Below, one piece after another: positions 1 through 10,300 of a stretch of DNA of 64,000 nt (position 1 is its first letter; every line of letters begins with the position of its first letter). The DNA comes from a virus, in IMG/VR virus record IMGVR_UViG_3300024344_000002, positions 9,325 to 73,324 of that record, one strand, 5' to 3'. A model generated the notes under the pieces. It was not told the origin of the DNA, made no database searches, and was given only the letters and a program-made list of their open reading frames with translations. A program made the translations under genes and the position numbers.

Positions 1-2
1 TT

Positions 3-1016
3 CACTCAGGAATCTATCAAATGGAGTTTGGCGCGTGTTTCTCTACTGATAGTAATGGTTTCTTCAAACGCTCTTTGATTGAGTCTTGTGTTGTTTCTCC
101 TCAAAAACCTGTCAATCTTCCAAGTGGAGAAGTCAATTTTAGGGCTATGTTAAGAGGTAATCCAAACTGTAGATACGTTTATGGCATTGACCCTGCTTCC
201 GAAGTGGACAACTTTTCCATCGTCATCATGGAGGTTCACGAAGACCATAGTAGAGTTGTATATTCTTGGACTACCAATAGGAGTAGACATAAAGAGCAAT
301 TAAAAGCTGGTGTAGCAGACGAAACAGATTTCTATTCTTATTGTGCTAGAAAAATTAGAGATCTAATGAAAGTCTTTCCATGTCAAGAAATAGCATTAGA
401 TGCACAAGGTGGTGGTATAGCAATTATTGAAGCCTTGCACGACAAAGACAAGATACGAGAAGGTGAATTACCAATTTGGCCTACTATCGACGATAAAAAA
501 GAAAAAGACACTGACGGCGAAGCAGGATTACATATTGTAGAAATGATACAGTTCGCTAAGGCTGATTGGGTATCAGAGGCAAATCACGGGCTTAGAAAAG
601 ACTTTGAAGATAAAACCGTATTGTTTCCCCATTTTGATACAGCGACTCTTGGGTTAGCTATATCTGATGACAAAATAAAAAATAGACTATATGACACACT
701 AGAAGATTGTGTAATGGAAATAGAAGAATTAAAAGATGAACTTTCTATGATTATTATTACACAGACAACTACTGGTAGAGATAAGTGGGATACTCCTGAA
801 GTAAAACTTCCCGGCGGAAGAAAAGATAGACTAAGAAAGGACCGTTATTCATCTTTAATAATGGCAAACATGTCTGCAAGAAGAATTCTTAGAACAGCTC
901 CACCTCCTGTATATGATACTATTGGTGGTTTTGCTGGTGGAATTAAAGGTGATATGTCTGGGCCTGAATACGTTGGTCCAGCTTGGTTTACCGAAGGAAT
1001 GAAAGATGTTTATTGA
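3..1016 (+). CDS. terL: Terminase large subunit, C-terminal RNase H-like nuclease domain (5' truncated)
   Basis: The frame is open back to the window edge (HSGIYQMEFGACF). Motifs YGIDPASEVDNFSIV, IALDAQGGG and KDRYSSLIMA. Directly upstream of the portal. Confidence 0.85.
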   Translation, partial: HSGIYQMEFGACFSTDSNGFFKRSLIESCVVSPQKPVNLPSGEVNFRAMLRGNPNCRYVYGIDPASEVDNFSIVIMEVHEDHSRVVYSWTTNRSRHKEQLKAGVADETDFYSYCARKIRDLMKVFPCQEIALDAQGGGIAIIEALHDKDKIREGELPIWPTIDDKKEKDTDGEAGLHIVEMIQFAKADWVSEANHGLRKDFEDKTVLFPHFDTATLGLAISDDKIKNRLYDTLEDCVMEIEELKDELSMIIITQTTTGRDKWDTPEVKLPGGRKDRLRKDRYSSLIMANMSARRILRTAPPPVYDTIGGFAGGIKGDMSGPEYVGPAWFTEGMKDVY

Positions 1017-1018
1017 TT

Positions 1019-1029
1019 TGGTGTATAAT
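1019..1029 (+). promoter_or_regulatory. Putative late promoter TGGTGTATAAT
   Basis: The same 11-mer recurs in intergenic gaps at 6527, 23904 and 59319, with a variant at 3357. Confidence 0.7.
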
Positions 1030-1080
1030 CAATTAGATTAATTCCCCGATCATTCTAATTGCAATTCAATAGGTATATAG

Positions 1081-3330
1081 ATGGCTAACGACAACCCAAT
1101 CAAAGATCAACAAAAGACTCAAGCGTTTGTCACTTGGTCTGATGATTCTGGAAAGAGACAAGCTCTTGCTGATACTTCAGATAATATAGATTCTTACGAT
1201 GGAATTCAAAAGGCCGCAGCCTATAACCGCAGATCCTTTTTAGACCTTGAGCCTAACCGTTCGGTAAGAACTGGATTTACCAGAGAAGACTATAACAGAT
1301 TTAGATCTACCGAATCTGTCCCAAAGCAGCAAAAAGACGCAATAAGAATGTGTATGCAGGCTTATGACAAAGTTGGGATAATTAGAAATGTCATAGATCT
1401 TATGGCCGACTTTGCTGGTCAGGGAATTACTATTGTTCATCCAAATAAAAGAATAGAAAAGTTTTTTAGAGCTTGGTTCAACAAAGTTAATGGAAAAGAA
1501 AGAAGTGAACGTTTTTTAAACACTCTATATAGATGTGGAAATGTAATTGTAAAAAGAAGAACAGCTAAAATTAACAAAAGAGCTGAAAAGAATCTTCGGG
1601 CTTCTGGCGATACGGACATGGACATAATTGACCTAAAAGTACCCAGAAGAGAAATACCTTGGAGATTTGACTTTCTTAATCCACTATCTGTAGAAGTTAT
1701 TGGAGATGAGCTAGCTACATTTGTTGGTCAACCTCGGTACGCTCTTAGAGTCTCTAAACTTGTAAGAAACCTAGCTAATAAGGGGATTGTTGGAGATAGT
1801 CCGCATCATAGAAACCTTACTGCGATGCTTCCTCCAGACATTTTGTCAGCAGTCAAAGATGGTCAGTCTGTTATACCTTTAGACCCAGAAAAGGTTTCTG
1901 TACACTTTTACAAGAAAGACGATTGGCTTGTTTGGGCTAATCCTATGATTTATGCGATCTTAGACGATATTATTATGCTAGAAAAAATGAAGCTAGCAGA
2001 TATATCAGCTCTTGATGGTGCTATATCGAATATAAGACTTTGGACTCTTGGTGATTTAGATAATAAGATCTTACCTACTAAATCTGCGATTAATAAGCTA
2101 AGAAACATTCTTGCTAGCAATGTTGGTGGCGGAACTATGGATTTAGTATGGGGTCCTGAACTTAACTTTACAGAATCTAGCACTCAAGTATTTAAATTCT
2201 TAGGAAAAGAAAAATACGAACCTGTACTTACCAATATATATGCGGGTCTTGGTGTTCCTCCTACTCTTACTGGCGCTGCTGGCTCAAGTGGTGGGTTTAC
2301 TAATAACTTTATAAGTTTAAAGACTCTTGTTGAAAGACTAGAGTATGGTCGTCAGGTTTTAGTTAATTGGTGGAACCAAGAGCTTGAAGTCGTACAAAAG
2401 GCTATGGGTTTTAGACTACCTGCAAAAATCCACTTCGACCAGATGGTACTATCCGATGAAGCCTCTGAGAAGAATCTACTAATACAATTGGCTGACAGGA
2501 ACATTATTAGTGCTGAAACTGTCATCGAAAGATTTGGAGAAATTCCTGAGATAGAAAAAATTAGAATTAGAAGAGAAGAAAAAGATAGAAAGGGAGAAGC
2601 TATGCCTCAAAAGGCTGGCCCATACCACAATCCTCAACATCGTAATGATCTTGAAAAGATTGCTTTGACCAAAGATTCTATGAATCCAGAGGATTTTGGT
2701 TTAGTTCCTTCTCCAGATACTGGTGATCATCCTTTCACAGACCCCAAAGATAGAAGGGATAAAATCAGTATTGACAACGAAAAAGAAGAAAAAGACGAAA
2801 AGAAGTTTGAGAAAGAACAAAAAAGAATGGAGTTGAAGAAGCAAGATGAACCAGCTCCAAAAGAGGATAAGTTTAATCCTACCGGAAGACCTGAAGATGG
2901 AAGACCTAAAAATTCAAAGGACAAGATGAAGAGAAAAGAAAAAGAAGTTAAACCTCGTCAAACTGTTAATAGTGAGTTTGTTGGTATATCTTTGTGGGCT
3001 ACTAAGGCACAAGAAGAAATTACCGAAGTGGTTAATCCCGCTATACTGGCTCACTTTCAAAAGAAGAGTATAAGGTCTCTAACAAAAAGCCAAATTGACC
3101 AATTAGAACATCTAAAACTATGCATACTATGCGGTATACAACCTTTTATTGATATAGATCCTTCAATGGTTGCGGCTTTACTTAACTCACCAGTTTCGGT
3201 CTCAAAAGAGGTGGCTTCTATCATAAAAAATCTGAAAGATGATTTTTCCGTAAGAAACGATAGACAACCAAACATAGATGAGCTTCGTCAAATCAATGTT
3301 TCTGCTTATGCTTTAAGTAAAACATCATAG
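1081..3330 (+). CDS. Portal protein with charged C-terminal extension
   Basis: Lies between terL and the protease. Portal-like segments VGIIRNVIDLMADF, LYRCGNVIV and IYAGLGVPPTL. GRPEDGRP tail. Confidence 0.8.
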   Translation: MANDNPIKDQQKTQAFVTWSDDSGKRQALADTSDNIDSYDGIQKAAAYNRRSFLDLEPNRSVRTGFTREDYNRFRSTESVPKQQKDAIRMCMQAYDKVGIIRNVIDLMADFAGQGITIVHPNKRIEKFFRAWFNKVNGKERSERFLNTLYRCGNVIVKRRTAKINKRAEKNLRASGDTDMDIIDLKVPRREIPWRFDFLNPLSVEVIGDELATFVGQPRYALRVSKLVRNLANKGIVGDSPHHRNLTAMLPPDILSAVKDGQSVIPLDPEKVSVHFYKKDDWLVWANPMIYAILDDIIMLEKMKLADISALDGAISNIRLWTLGDLDNKILPTKSAINKLRNILASNVGGGTMDLVWGPELNFTESSTQVFKFLGKEKYEPVLTNIYAGLGVPPTLTGAAGSSGGFTNNFISLKTLVERLEYGRQVLVNWWNQELEVVQKAMGFRLPAKIHFDQMVLSDEASEKNLLIQLADRNIISAETVIERFGEIPEIEKIRIRREEKDRKGEAMPQKAGPYHNPQHRNDLEKIALTKDSMNPEDFGLVPSPDTGDHPFTDPKDRRDKISIDNEKEEKDEKKFEKEQKRMELKKQDEPAPKEDKFNPTGRPEDGRPKNSKDKMKRKEKEVKPRQTVNSEFVGISLWATKAQEEITEVVNPAILAHFQKKSIRSLTKSQIDQLEHLKLCILCGIQPFIDIDPSMVAALLNSPVSVSKEVASIIKNLKDDFSVRNDRQPNIDELRQINVSAYALSKTS

Positions 3331-3356
3331 AGATATTAGTGATTTTTATTTGTATA

Positions 3357-3367
3357 TGGTGTATATT
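3357..3367 (+). promoter_or_regulatory. Late promoter variant TGGTGTATATT
   Basis: Shares TATATGGTGTATA with the 6523-6535 copy. Intergenic, upstream of the protease/decoration/capsid genes. Confidence 0.6.
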
Positions 3368-3383
3368 TTTTTAGAGGTGATCT

Positions 3384-4898
3384 ATGAAAATATATGAATC
3401 AGAGATTACTGACGGTTTAGAAGAAGTTATTTCTACTAATGCAAGTGTGGCTTATTCTACTCCCGTTAGTATTTATATACCTAGTAAAAAACAAAAGAAC
3501 GTTATTCAAAATTTGGTTGTTGCTAATGAAGCAGTTGCCGAAAACAAAGATCAATTTGATTTGTACTATTTGAATTCTGTTCTTGTTTCTACTGGATGGA
3601 ATAAAAACGATGATGTTTTTCACCCTCAAGAAACTTGGGCGGCAAAAGACACTCCAGTAGACAAACAATTTAACTTTATGCATGATGAGTCAGATATCAT
3701 TGGGCATATTACTGGAAGCTTAGTTGTTGATCAAGATGGCACTGAAATATCAGATACTTCTAACGCAGAAAAATTTGATATCATTACTAGCGCTGTTATC
3801 TACAACAGCTGGACTAATCCAGAATTAAAAGAAAGAATGACAAAAATCATTTCCGAAATAGAAGAAGGAAAATGGTTTGTGTCTATGGAATGCCTGTTTA
3901 ATGATTTTGATTATGCAGTTATCACACCTGATGATGAACATAAGGTCATCGCTAGAGATGATGCATCTGCATTTTTAACAAAACATTTAAGGGCGTATGG
4001 AGGAAATGGAAAGTACGAAGGATACACGGTAGGAAGACTTTTGAGGAATATTGCGTTCTCTGGGAAGGGCTTAGTCAGCAATCCCGCTAATCCGCGAAGT
4101 GTGATTCTTAATGATGTCGAATCTTTTGCTGGGACGCAAGCAGAAGAAATAACTAACTCTAATATATATATGGAGACTAATCATATGTCTGATGTTCTTA
4201 AAGAACAGGTTGAAGAGTTAAAGGCTGAATTAGCGACTGCTAAAGAAGAAGCCAAAGCTCTAGAGACCGAAATGACTAAACAGAAAGAAGAAGAAATTCA
4301 ATCCAAGATTGAAGCCTTTGAAGCTGTTGTTTCCGAAAAAGATTCAGCTATTGCTGAAGCTCAAGCTGCTGTTGAAGTTGCTGAAGCTAAAGTTGCTGAA
4401 CTTGAAGAAACTATTGCGAAAAAGGACGAAGAATTGTCTGAAGCTAAAGCCAAGATTGAAGCTCATGAAGCAGAAGTCAAGACTTTGGCAAGAAAGGCTG
4501 CTCTCGTTGAAGCTGGCGCTACAGAAGAAGAAGTTGAAGAAACTTTGGCTGCTTTCTCTGATGCTACAGATGAAATGTTTGAGCAAGTTGTTGCTCTCAT
4601 GAAGAAAAAGGGCAATTTTCCCTTTAAGAAGAAAGAAGATAAAGAAGAAGATGAAGAAGAAGCTTTGAAAAAACCTAAAGCCGAAGAAGTTGAAGCAGAA
4701 GAAGCCGAAGAAGCTGAAGCTGAAGAAACAGATGAAGCTGAAGAAGAAGCTGAAGCTGAAATTCTTGAGGAAGTTGAAGAAGAAGCAGAAGCAGCCTTAG
4801 CTGATGCTGGTGACGATTCTATTGAAGAATTACGAACTAGTGCTAGTGATTGGCTTGAAAACAACGTTCTTCGTTCCACTGCAAGTATCAATAAGTAA
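3384..4898 (+). CDS. Prohead maturation protease fused to coiled-coil scaffolding domain
   Basis: Protease motifs NKNDDVF, FMHDESDIIGHI, WFVSMEC and GLVSNPANP. The C-terminal half is an E/A/K-rich coiled coil. Confidence 0.8.
   Translation: MKIYESEITDGLEEVISTNASVAYSTPVSIYIPSKKQKNVIQNLVVANEAVAENKDQFDLYYLNSVLVSTGWNKNDDVFHPQETWAAKDTPVDKQFNFMHDESDIIGHITGSLVVDQDGTEISDTSNAEKFDIITSAVIYNSWTNPELKERMTKIISEIEEGKWFVSMECLFNDFDYAVITPDDEHKVIARDDASAFLTKHLRAYGGNGKYEGYTVGRLLRNIAFSGKGLVSNPANPRSVILNDVESFAGTQAEEITNSNIYMETNHMSDVLKEQVEELKAELATAKEEAKALETEMTKQKEEEIQSKIEAFEAVVSEKDSAIAEAQAAVEVAEAKVAELEETIAKKDEELSEAKAKIEAHEAEVKTLARKAALVEAGATEEEVEETLAAFSDATDEMFEQVVALMKKKGNFPFKKKEDKEEDEEEALKKPKAEEVEAEEAEEAEAEETDEAEEEAEAEILEEVEEEAEAALADAGDDSIEELRTSASDWLENNVLRSTASINK
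4185..4898 (+). CDS. Probable nested in-frame scaffolding protein (237 aa)
   Basis: GGAG at 4172-4175 after an AT-rich tract, then an in-frame ATG at 4185 exactly where the coiled coil starts. Confidence 0.55.
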   Translation: MSDVLKEQVEELKAELATAKEEAKALETEMTKQKEEEIQSKIEAFEAVVSEKDSAIAEAQAAVEVAEAKVAELEETIAKKDEELSEAKAKIEAHEAEVKTLARKAALVEAGATEEEVEETLAAFSDATDEMFEQVVALMKKKGNFPFKKKEDKEEDEEEALKKPKAEEVEAEEAEEAEAEETDEAEEEAEAEILEEVEEEAEAALADAGDDSIEELRTSASDWLENNVLRSTASINK

Positions 4899-4922
4899 TT
4901 TTATTTTTAAGGAGACATTCAA

Positions 4923-5423
4923 ATGGCTTTAAAAGCTGATAGAAATGAACTCGATGTCGATATTTCCTTTTTCTACAATGCTGGTACTGCTACTCGCGGT
5001 GGTGTTGTATGTTTATCGACCGTTGGTTCTGGTGCAGCAATGGACCAAGCTGGCGCAAAGGTAGCTTATTCGGCAGGTACTGATTCGACTATTCCAGTTG
5101 GTATTTTGCTCAATGATGTTGTTAACCTTGACCTTACTCGTCAACATATTAATTGGCACAAGGATGAGGTTCAAAAAGGTGGTAAGGTTTCTGTACTTAA
5201 AAAAGGTACAATCGTTACCAATATGATTAAGACCACTGGTGCGGGCTACGGCACGCCAGCAGCTGGTTCTATTGCTTACGTTGCTTCTGGAGATGCTGGA
5301 TACATTAGTTCAGTCGCTTCTAACGACAACAAAGCAAATCTCGCAATTGGTAGGTTCCTTTCCACGGCAGATGAAGACGGATACTATAAAGTAGAAGTCA
5401 ATCTTCCCGGAACCCAAGGTTAA
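4923..5423 (+). CDS. Head decoration/cement protein
   Basis: 166 aa, between scaffold and capsid. PVGILLNDV and AIGRFLS resemble beta-tulip decoration proteins. Strong SD (AAGGAG). Confidence 0.65.
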   Translation: MALKADRNELDVDISFFYNAGTATRGGVVCLSTVGSGAAMDQAGAKVAYSAGTDSTIPVGILLNDVVNLDLTRQHINWHKDEVQKGGKVSVLKKGTIVTNMIKTTGAGYGTPAAGSIAYVASGDAGYISSVASNDNKANLAIGRFLSTADEDGYYKVEVNLPGTQG

Positions 5424-5456
5424 TTAACTAACAATCCTTAATAGGAGATATAAATA

Positions 5457-6464
5457 ATGAGTAGAATGACCAAACCTGATGATCATTTTATCGACCTCAT
5501 TCAGCGCTCTGGTAGCTCTGAAAAAGAGGTTGCACTCGCTGCACAGCGAGAATTAGCTGTTGCTTTAGAGACTCCCTTGCGCAAGGGTGTTTTAGTTGGC
5601 GACGTTCTTGATGGAATCTTTGAAAAGATCCAGATGGCTCCCGGTTCAGCAGCTGAATTTCCACTAGACCTTCTTGCTCCGGGAACTGAAAATGAGCATG
5701 TTGCTTATACCAATCCCGGTCATGGTCGTATTCCAGAACGCGCAGTTGAAGGCGATTACGTCATGGTTCCAACCTATACGGTTGCTTCCTCGATTGATTA
5801 CCTTCTTCGCTACGCCCGTGAAGCCCGTTGGGATGTTGTCGGTCGTGCAATGCAAGTTCTTGAAGCTGGCTTTGTTAAGAAGATGAACGATGATGGCTGG
5901 CATACATTACTAGCTGCTGGTGTTGACCGAAACGTTTTGGTTTACGACGCCGATGCTTCTAATGGTCAGTTCACCAAGAGACTCATCTCTTTGATGAAAA
6001 CTGTTATGCGACGTAATGCTGGTGGTAACACTGGTTCTTTGAATCGTGGCAAGCTTACTGACCTTTACCTGTCACCAGAAGCTCTTGAAGATATCCGCAA
6101 CTGGGGTATTGATCAAGTTGACGAAGTTACTCGTCGTGAAATCTATCAAGCTGGTGACGATGGCGCAGCCATCACCCGTATCTTTGGTGTAAACCTTCAC
6201 GATATGGATGAGCTTGGAGAAGGTCAAGAGTATCAGTTGTTCTTCAGCAACCAACTTTCCGGTAGCCTTAATGGTTCCGATCCTGAATTGGTTGTAGGTA
6301 TCGACAGAACTGCTAATGACAGCTTTATCATGCCTGTCAAGCAAGATGTTCAGATCTTTGAAGACGATACTCTTCATCGCCAACAGCGCGCTGGATTCTA
6401 CGGTTGGGCTGAAGTAGGTTTTGCTGTTCTGGACAACAGACGCATCCTGCTCGGTTCTTTCTAA
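5457..6464 (+). CDS. Major capsid protein (HK97 fold)
   Basis: 335 aa, strong SD, high-expression-type codon usage, C-terminal GFYGWAEVGFAVLD, followed by a terminator. Confidence 0.85.
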   Translation: MSRMTKPDDHFIDLIQRSGSSEKEVALAAQRELAVALETPLRKGVLVGDVLDGIFEKIQMAPGSAAEFPLDLLAPGTENEHVAYTNPGHGRIPERAVEGDYVMVPTYTVASSIDYLLRYAREARWDVVGRAMQVLEAGFVKKMNDDGWHTLLAAGVDRNVLVYDADASNGQFTKRLISLMKTVMRRNAGGNTGSLNRGKLTDLYLSPEALEDIRNWGIDQVDEVTRREIYQAGDDGAAITRIFGVNLHDMDELGEGQEYQLFFSNQLSGSLNGSDPELVVGIDRTANDSFIMPVKQDVQIFEDDTLHRQQRAGFYGWAEVGFAVLDNRRILLGSF

Positions 6465-6488
6465 GAATTTTAAGCAACTTAGCTATAG

Positions 6489-6523
6489 AAACCGCCTCTA
6501 TGATTTTAGGGGCGGTTTTTTTT
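6489..6523 (+). terminator. Rho-independent terminator after the capsid gene
   Basis: Stem AAACCGCCTCTA / TAGGGGCGGTTT with a 6-nt loop, followed by a T-tract. Confidence 0.85.
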
Positions 6524-6526
6524 ATA

Positions 6527-6537
6527 TGGTGTATAAT
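6527..6537 (+). promoter_or_regulatory. Putative late promoter TGGTGTATAAT
   Basis: Exact motif immediately after the terminator, upstream of the fibre cluster. Confidence 0.7.
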
Positions 6538-6568
6538 ACAATAGAATATTCTACTAAATGGAGAACTT

Positions 6569-6853
6569 ATGACTAAAAGAACTAAGACTCAATTAGCTTC
6601 TGAAGTAAGCTCTCTATTACCCGATAATACATCTGCTTTGATAAGTCCAGATGATATCAGAAGTATATTTACTGATGTAGGTGATTCAGTTACTTTTTGG
6701 GATAATAGCGTACCTTCTAGTGCTAGTGATACTTGTACCAAGGGGGAAATAAAGTTTGGCTCTACTGATTACGGTGGAGGAACTATAATACATCACCTTT
6801 ATATTTGTGTAGATACTGATACTTGGAAAAGAGCAGAATTAGCAACTTTCTAG
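6569..6853 (+). CDS. Small fibre-like virion protein
   Basis: C-terminal GEIKFG...LYICVDTDTWKRAELATF is typical of phage fibre tips. The N-terminus resembles that of 19242..21458. Confidence 0.55.
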   Translation: MTKRTKTQLASEVSSLLPDNTSALISPDDIRSIFTDVGDSVTFWDNSVPSSASDTCTKGEIKFGSTDYGGGTIIHHLYICVDTDTWKRAELATF

Positions 6854-6872
6854 AAAGAGGAGACATAAAGAT

Positions 6873-7289
6873 ATGTCAGCTATGTCTAATTACTTAGAAG
6901 CAAAGTTGGTAAACCATGTTTTAAGAAACACGGCATTTACCACTCCCGGAGACAGCATTTATGTTGGCTTAATAAAATTTTACGAATCTAGTAAATTAGA
7001 AACTGGAGACGATGGTCAAGAAGCTAGTGGTGGATCATATGCTAGAGTTCAAGTTAATGGAACTAGTAACTGGGATGATCCAAGTGGCGGTGGAGCAACT
7101 CAGAATAGCAACGCTATTACTTTTCCAACTGCAACTGGTGATTGGGGAATGATCTCTGGAGTAATCGTTTCAGACGCTTCTACCGATGGTAATGTTTTAC
7201 TTCATGGCTCTCTGACTACTGCTAGAGATGTAAAGAGCGGCGACGTATTCAAGTTTAACGCTGGTGATTTAGATATCACATTTGCATAA
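6873..7289 (+). CDS. Virion structural protein (fibre-associated beta-sandwich)
   Basis: MSNYLEAKLVNH, EASGGSYARV, ITFPTATGDWG and FKFNAGDLDITF match a widespread phage tail-associated family. Confidence 0.65.
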   Translation: MSAMSNYLEAKLVNHVLRNTAFTTPGDSIYVGLIKFYESSKLETGDDGQEASGGSYARVQVNGTSNWDDPSGGGATQNSNAITFPTATGDWGMISGVIVSDASTDGNVLLHGSLTTARDVKSGDVFKFNAGDLDITFA

Positions 7290-7315
7290 TGACCTTTTAA
7301 CTAAAGGAGGTTATT

Positions 7316-10300
7316 ATGGCTCTAGTAATAAAAGATAGAGTAAAAGAAACGACTACCACTACTGGTACTGGCACAATTAATCTTGCTGGTGCTGCTAGTG
7401 GTTTTCAATCGTTTGTTAGTGGAGTTGGAGATGGTAATACTACATACTATGTTATCGAAGACGCTAATGGTACTGCATGGGAAGTTGGCATCGGAACGAT
7501 TACAGATGCTTCTCCAGACACACTTGCTCGAACCACTGTGCTTGCTAGTACAAATAGTAATAGCCAAATAAACCTATCTTCTGGTACACACACTGTTTTT
7601 GGTACTTATCCTGCTGGCAAAGCTGTATATCTAGATGCTAGTGGTAATTTATCTCATACCGTAGCTTTAACAACAGACACTAGCGGAAATTATGTTGCTA
7701 CTATCACTGGTGGAACTGGCATAACGTCAACAGGAGCTACTAGTGGAGAAGGAATTGCGCACAGCTTAAGTGTAGACGCTTCTCAGACACAAATTACTGC
7801 GGTTGGAACTATTGCTACTGGTACTTGGCAAGGAACCGCTATAGCTCAGGCTTATATAGCAAACGATGCTATCAATGGCGATAAGATTGCTGATGACGCT
7901 GTTAATAGTGAACATTATGCCGCAGGTTCTATTGACGAAGAGCATTTAAATGCTACCAATACTCCTACTGACAATTACGTTTTATCATACGATGATGCTA
8001 GTGGTGGATTCACTTGGGTCGCTGCTGGAGCTGGTGAAGCTAACGAATATTCTTTCAAAACTATATCAGTATCAGGGCAAGACGATGTTGTAGCGGACAC
8101 TACAACCGACACTTTAACACTGACTGCTGGTTCTAATGTTACCATTACCACAACCGCTGCTAGTGACACCGTAACGATAGCGGCTACCGACACTAATACA
8201 CAGTTATCTCAGGAACAAGTAGAAGACTTTGTAGGTGGAATGCTTGGAGGAACGGAAACTCTTATCACCGTTACCTATCAAGATGGTACTGGAGATATCG
8301 ACTTCGTAGTTGATAATGATCTTTCTAACTATGATAACTCTTCTTCTGGTTTCATTACAGCTACTCTTACAGAGGAGCAAGTAGAAGATTTTGTTGGCGG
8401 TATGTTAGGGGGAACAGAGACTGGTATTACCGTCACCTATCAAGATGGCACTGGCGATATAGACTTTGTTGTCTCAGATACAACGGTAGCGGGCGATAGT
8501 GGTTCTACTGGCATAACTCCCGGCGACACTTTAACAATTGCTGGTGGGACTAACGTTACTACAGCTATGTCTGGTGACACTTTAACAATCACAGCTACTG
8601 ACAACAACACAACTTATACCGGCGGAACAAATCTAACGCTAGATGGAACCACCTTTAATGTAGATGATGCTTTTCTCAAAAATGATGCTAGTGACAGTAC
8701 CACGGGTACAATTACCGCCGGTGGCTTTACTACTGCTGGCACTCTTACTGTAGATAGTGTTGGTATTTCTACCATTCAAAGTTCTGGTGAATCGTTTGCT
8801 GATAACGACACAAGTTTAATGACTTCTGCGGCCATTGATGACAGAATCAATTCTGCTGTAGCCAATGAAGACACTTTAGCTGAACTTAACGATACGAATA
8901 TATCATCTGCTGCTGCTGGTCATTTGATTATTTATGACAACACCGCGTCTGTGTGGGATAATGCCGCCTTAACTGCTGGCAGTAATATCAGTATAACAAA
9001 CGGTGATGGTTCTATTACTATTGCGGCTACTGATACCAATACCCAACTCACCACAGAACAAGTCGAAGACATTGTAGGTGGCATGGTAGCTGGAAACACA
9101 GAGACCGGAATTACAGTCACCTATGAAGATGGTGATGGTACTTTGGACTTTGTTGTTGGTACGCTTAATCAAGATACTACCGGAAATGCAGCTACGGCTA
9201 CAGCTTTGGAAACTGCCAGAACGATTAATGGAACTTCCTTTGATGGCACTGCAAACATAACCATAACTGCGGCAGGTAGCACTTTGTCTGATACTGTTAC
9301 GGTTGCTAAAGGTGGTACTGGAGCAACCTCTCTTACCGATGGCGGTATCCTCTTGGGTAGTGGCACGGATGCTATTACTGCAACAGCAGTTTTGGCAAAT
9401 GGAGAGTTGCTGATTGGTGATAACTCTACAGATCCTACAGTTGCCACGCTGACGGCGGGTTCTAATGTTACCATTACAAATGGTGCAGGCTCTATCACAA
9501 TTGCTTCTACTGATACCAATACACAGCTTACTACAGAGCAAGTTCAAGATATAGCTGGAGGCATGTTCAGTAGTAATACTGAGACTCTTATAACTGCTAC
9601 ATATCAAGATGCTGATGGCACTGTTGACTTAGTAGTAGACAACGATTTGTCAAATTATGATAACTCATCCTCTGGTTTTATAACTGCAACTTTGACTACC
9701 GAACAGGTTCAAGACATAGTTGGCGGAATGGTCACTGGCAATACAGAAACCGGGATTGCCGTTACCTATGAAGATGGAGATGGAACCTTAGATTTTGTCG
9801 TCGGGACTCTTAACCAAGACACGACTGGAAATGCAGCTACGGCTACAGCATTAGAAACGGCGAGAACTATTAATGGTACGTCTTTTGATGGTACTGCTAA
9901 TATAACTGTAACCGCCGCTGGCTCAACGTTGTCTGACACAGTTACTGTTGCAAAAGGTGGCACTGGACAGACAAGCTACACAAACGGTCAATTGCTAATT
10001 GGTAATACGACTGGTAATACTTTGGCCAAGTCTACACTAACCGCTGGTTCTAATGTCACTATTACTAACGGAACTGGCAGCATTACTATTGCTGCTGATA
10101 ATGACAACACTCAGCTGTCAGAAGAACAGGTCGAAGACTTTGTTGGAGGTATGGTTACAGGAAATACTGAAACTGGTATTGCTGTAACTTATGAAGACGG
10201 TGATGGAACACTAGACTTTGTTGTTTCTGACACAACAGTTGCTGGAGACAGTGGTTCTACAGGTATAACACCCGGTGACACGCTTACCATCGCTGGAGGC

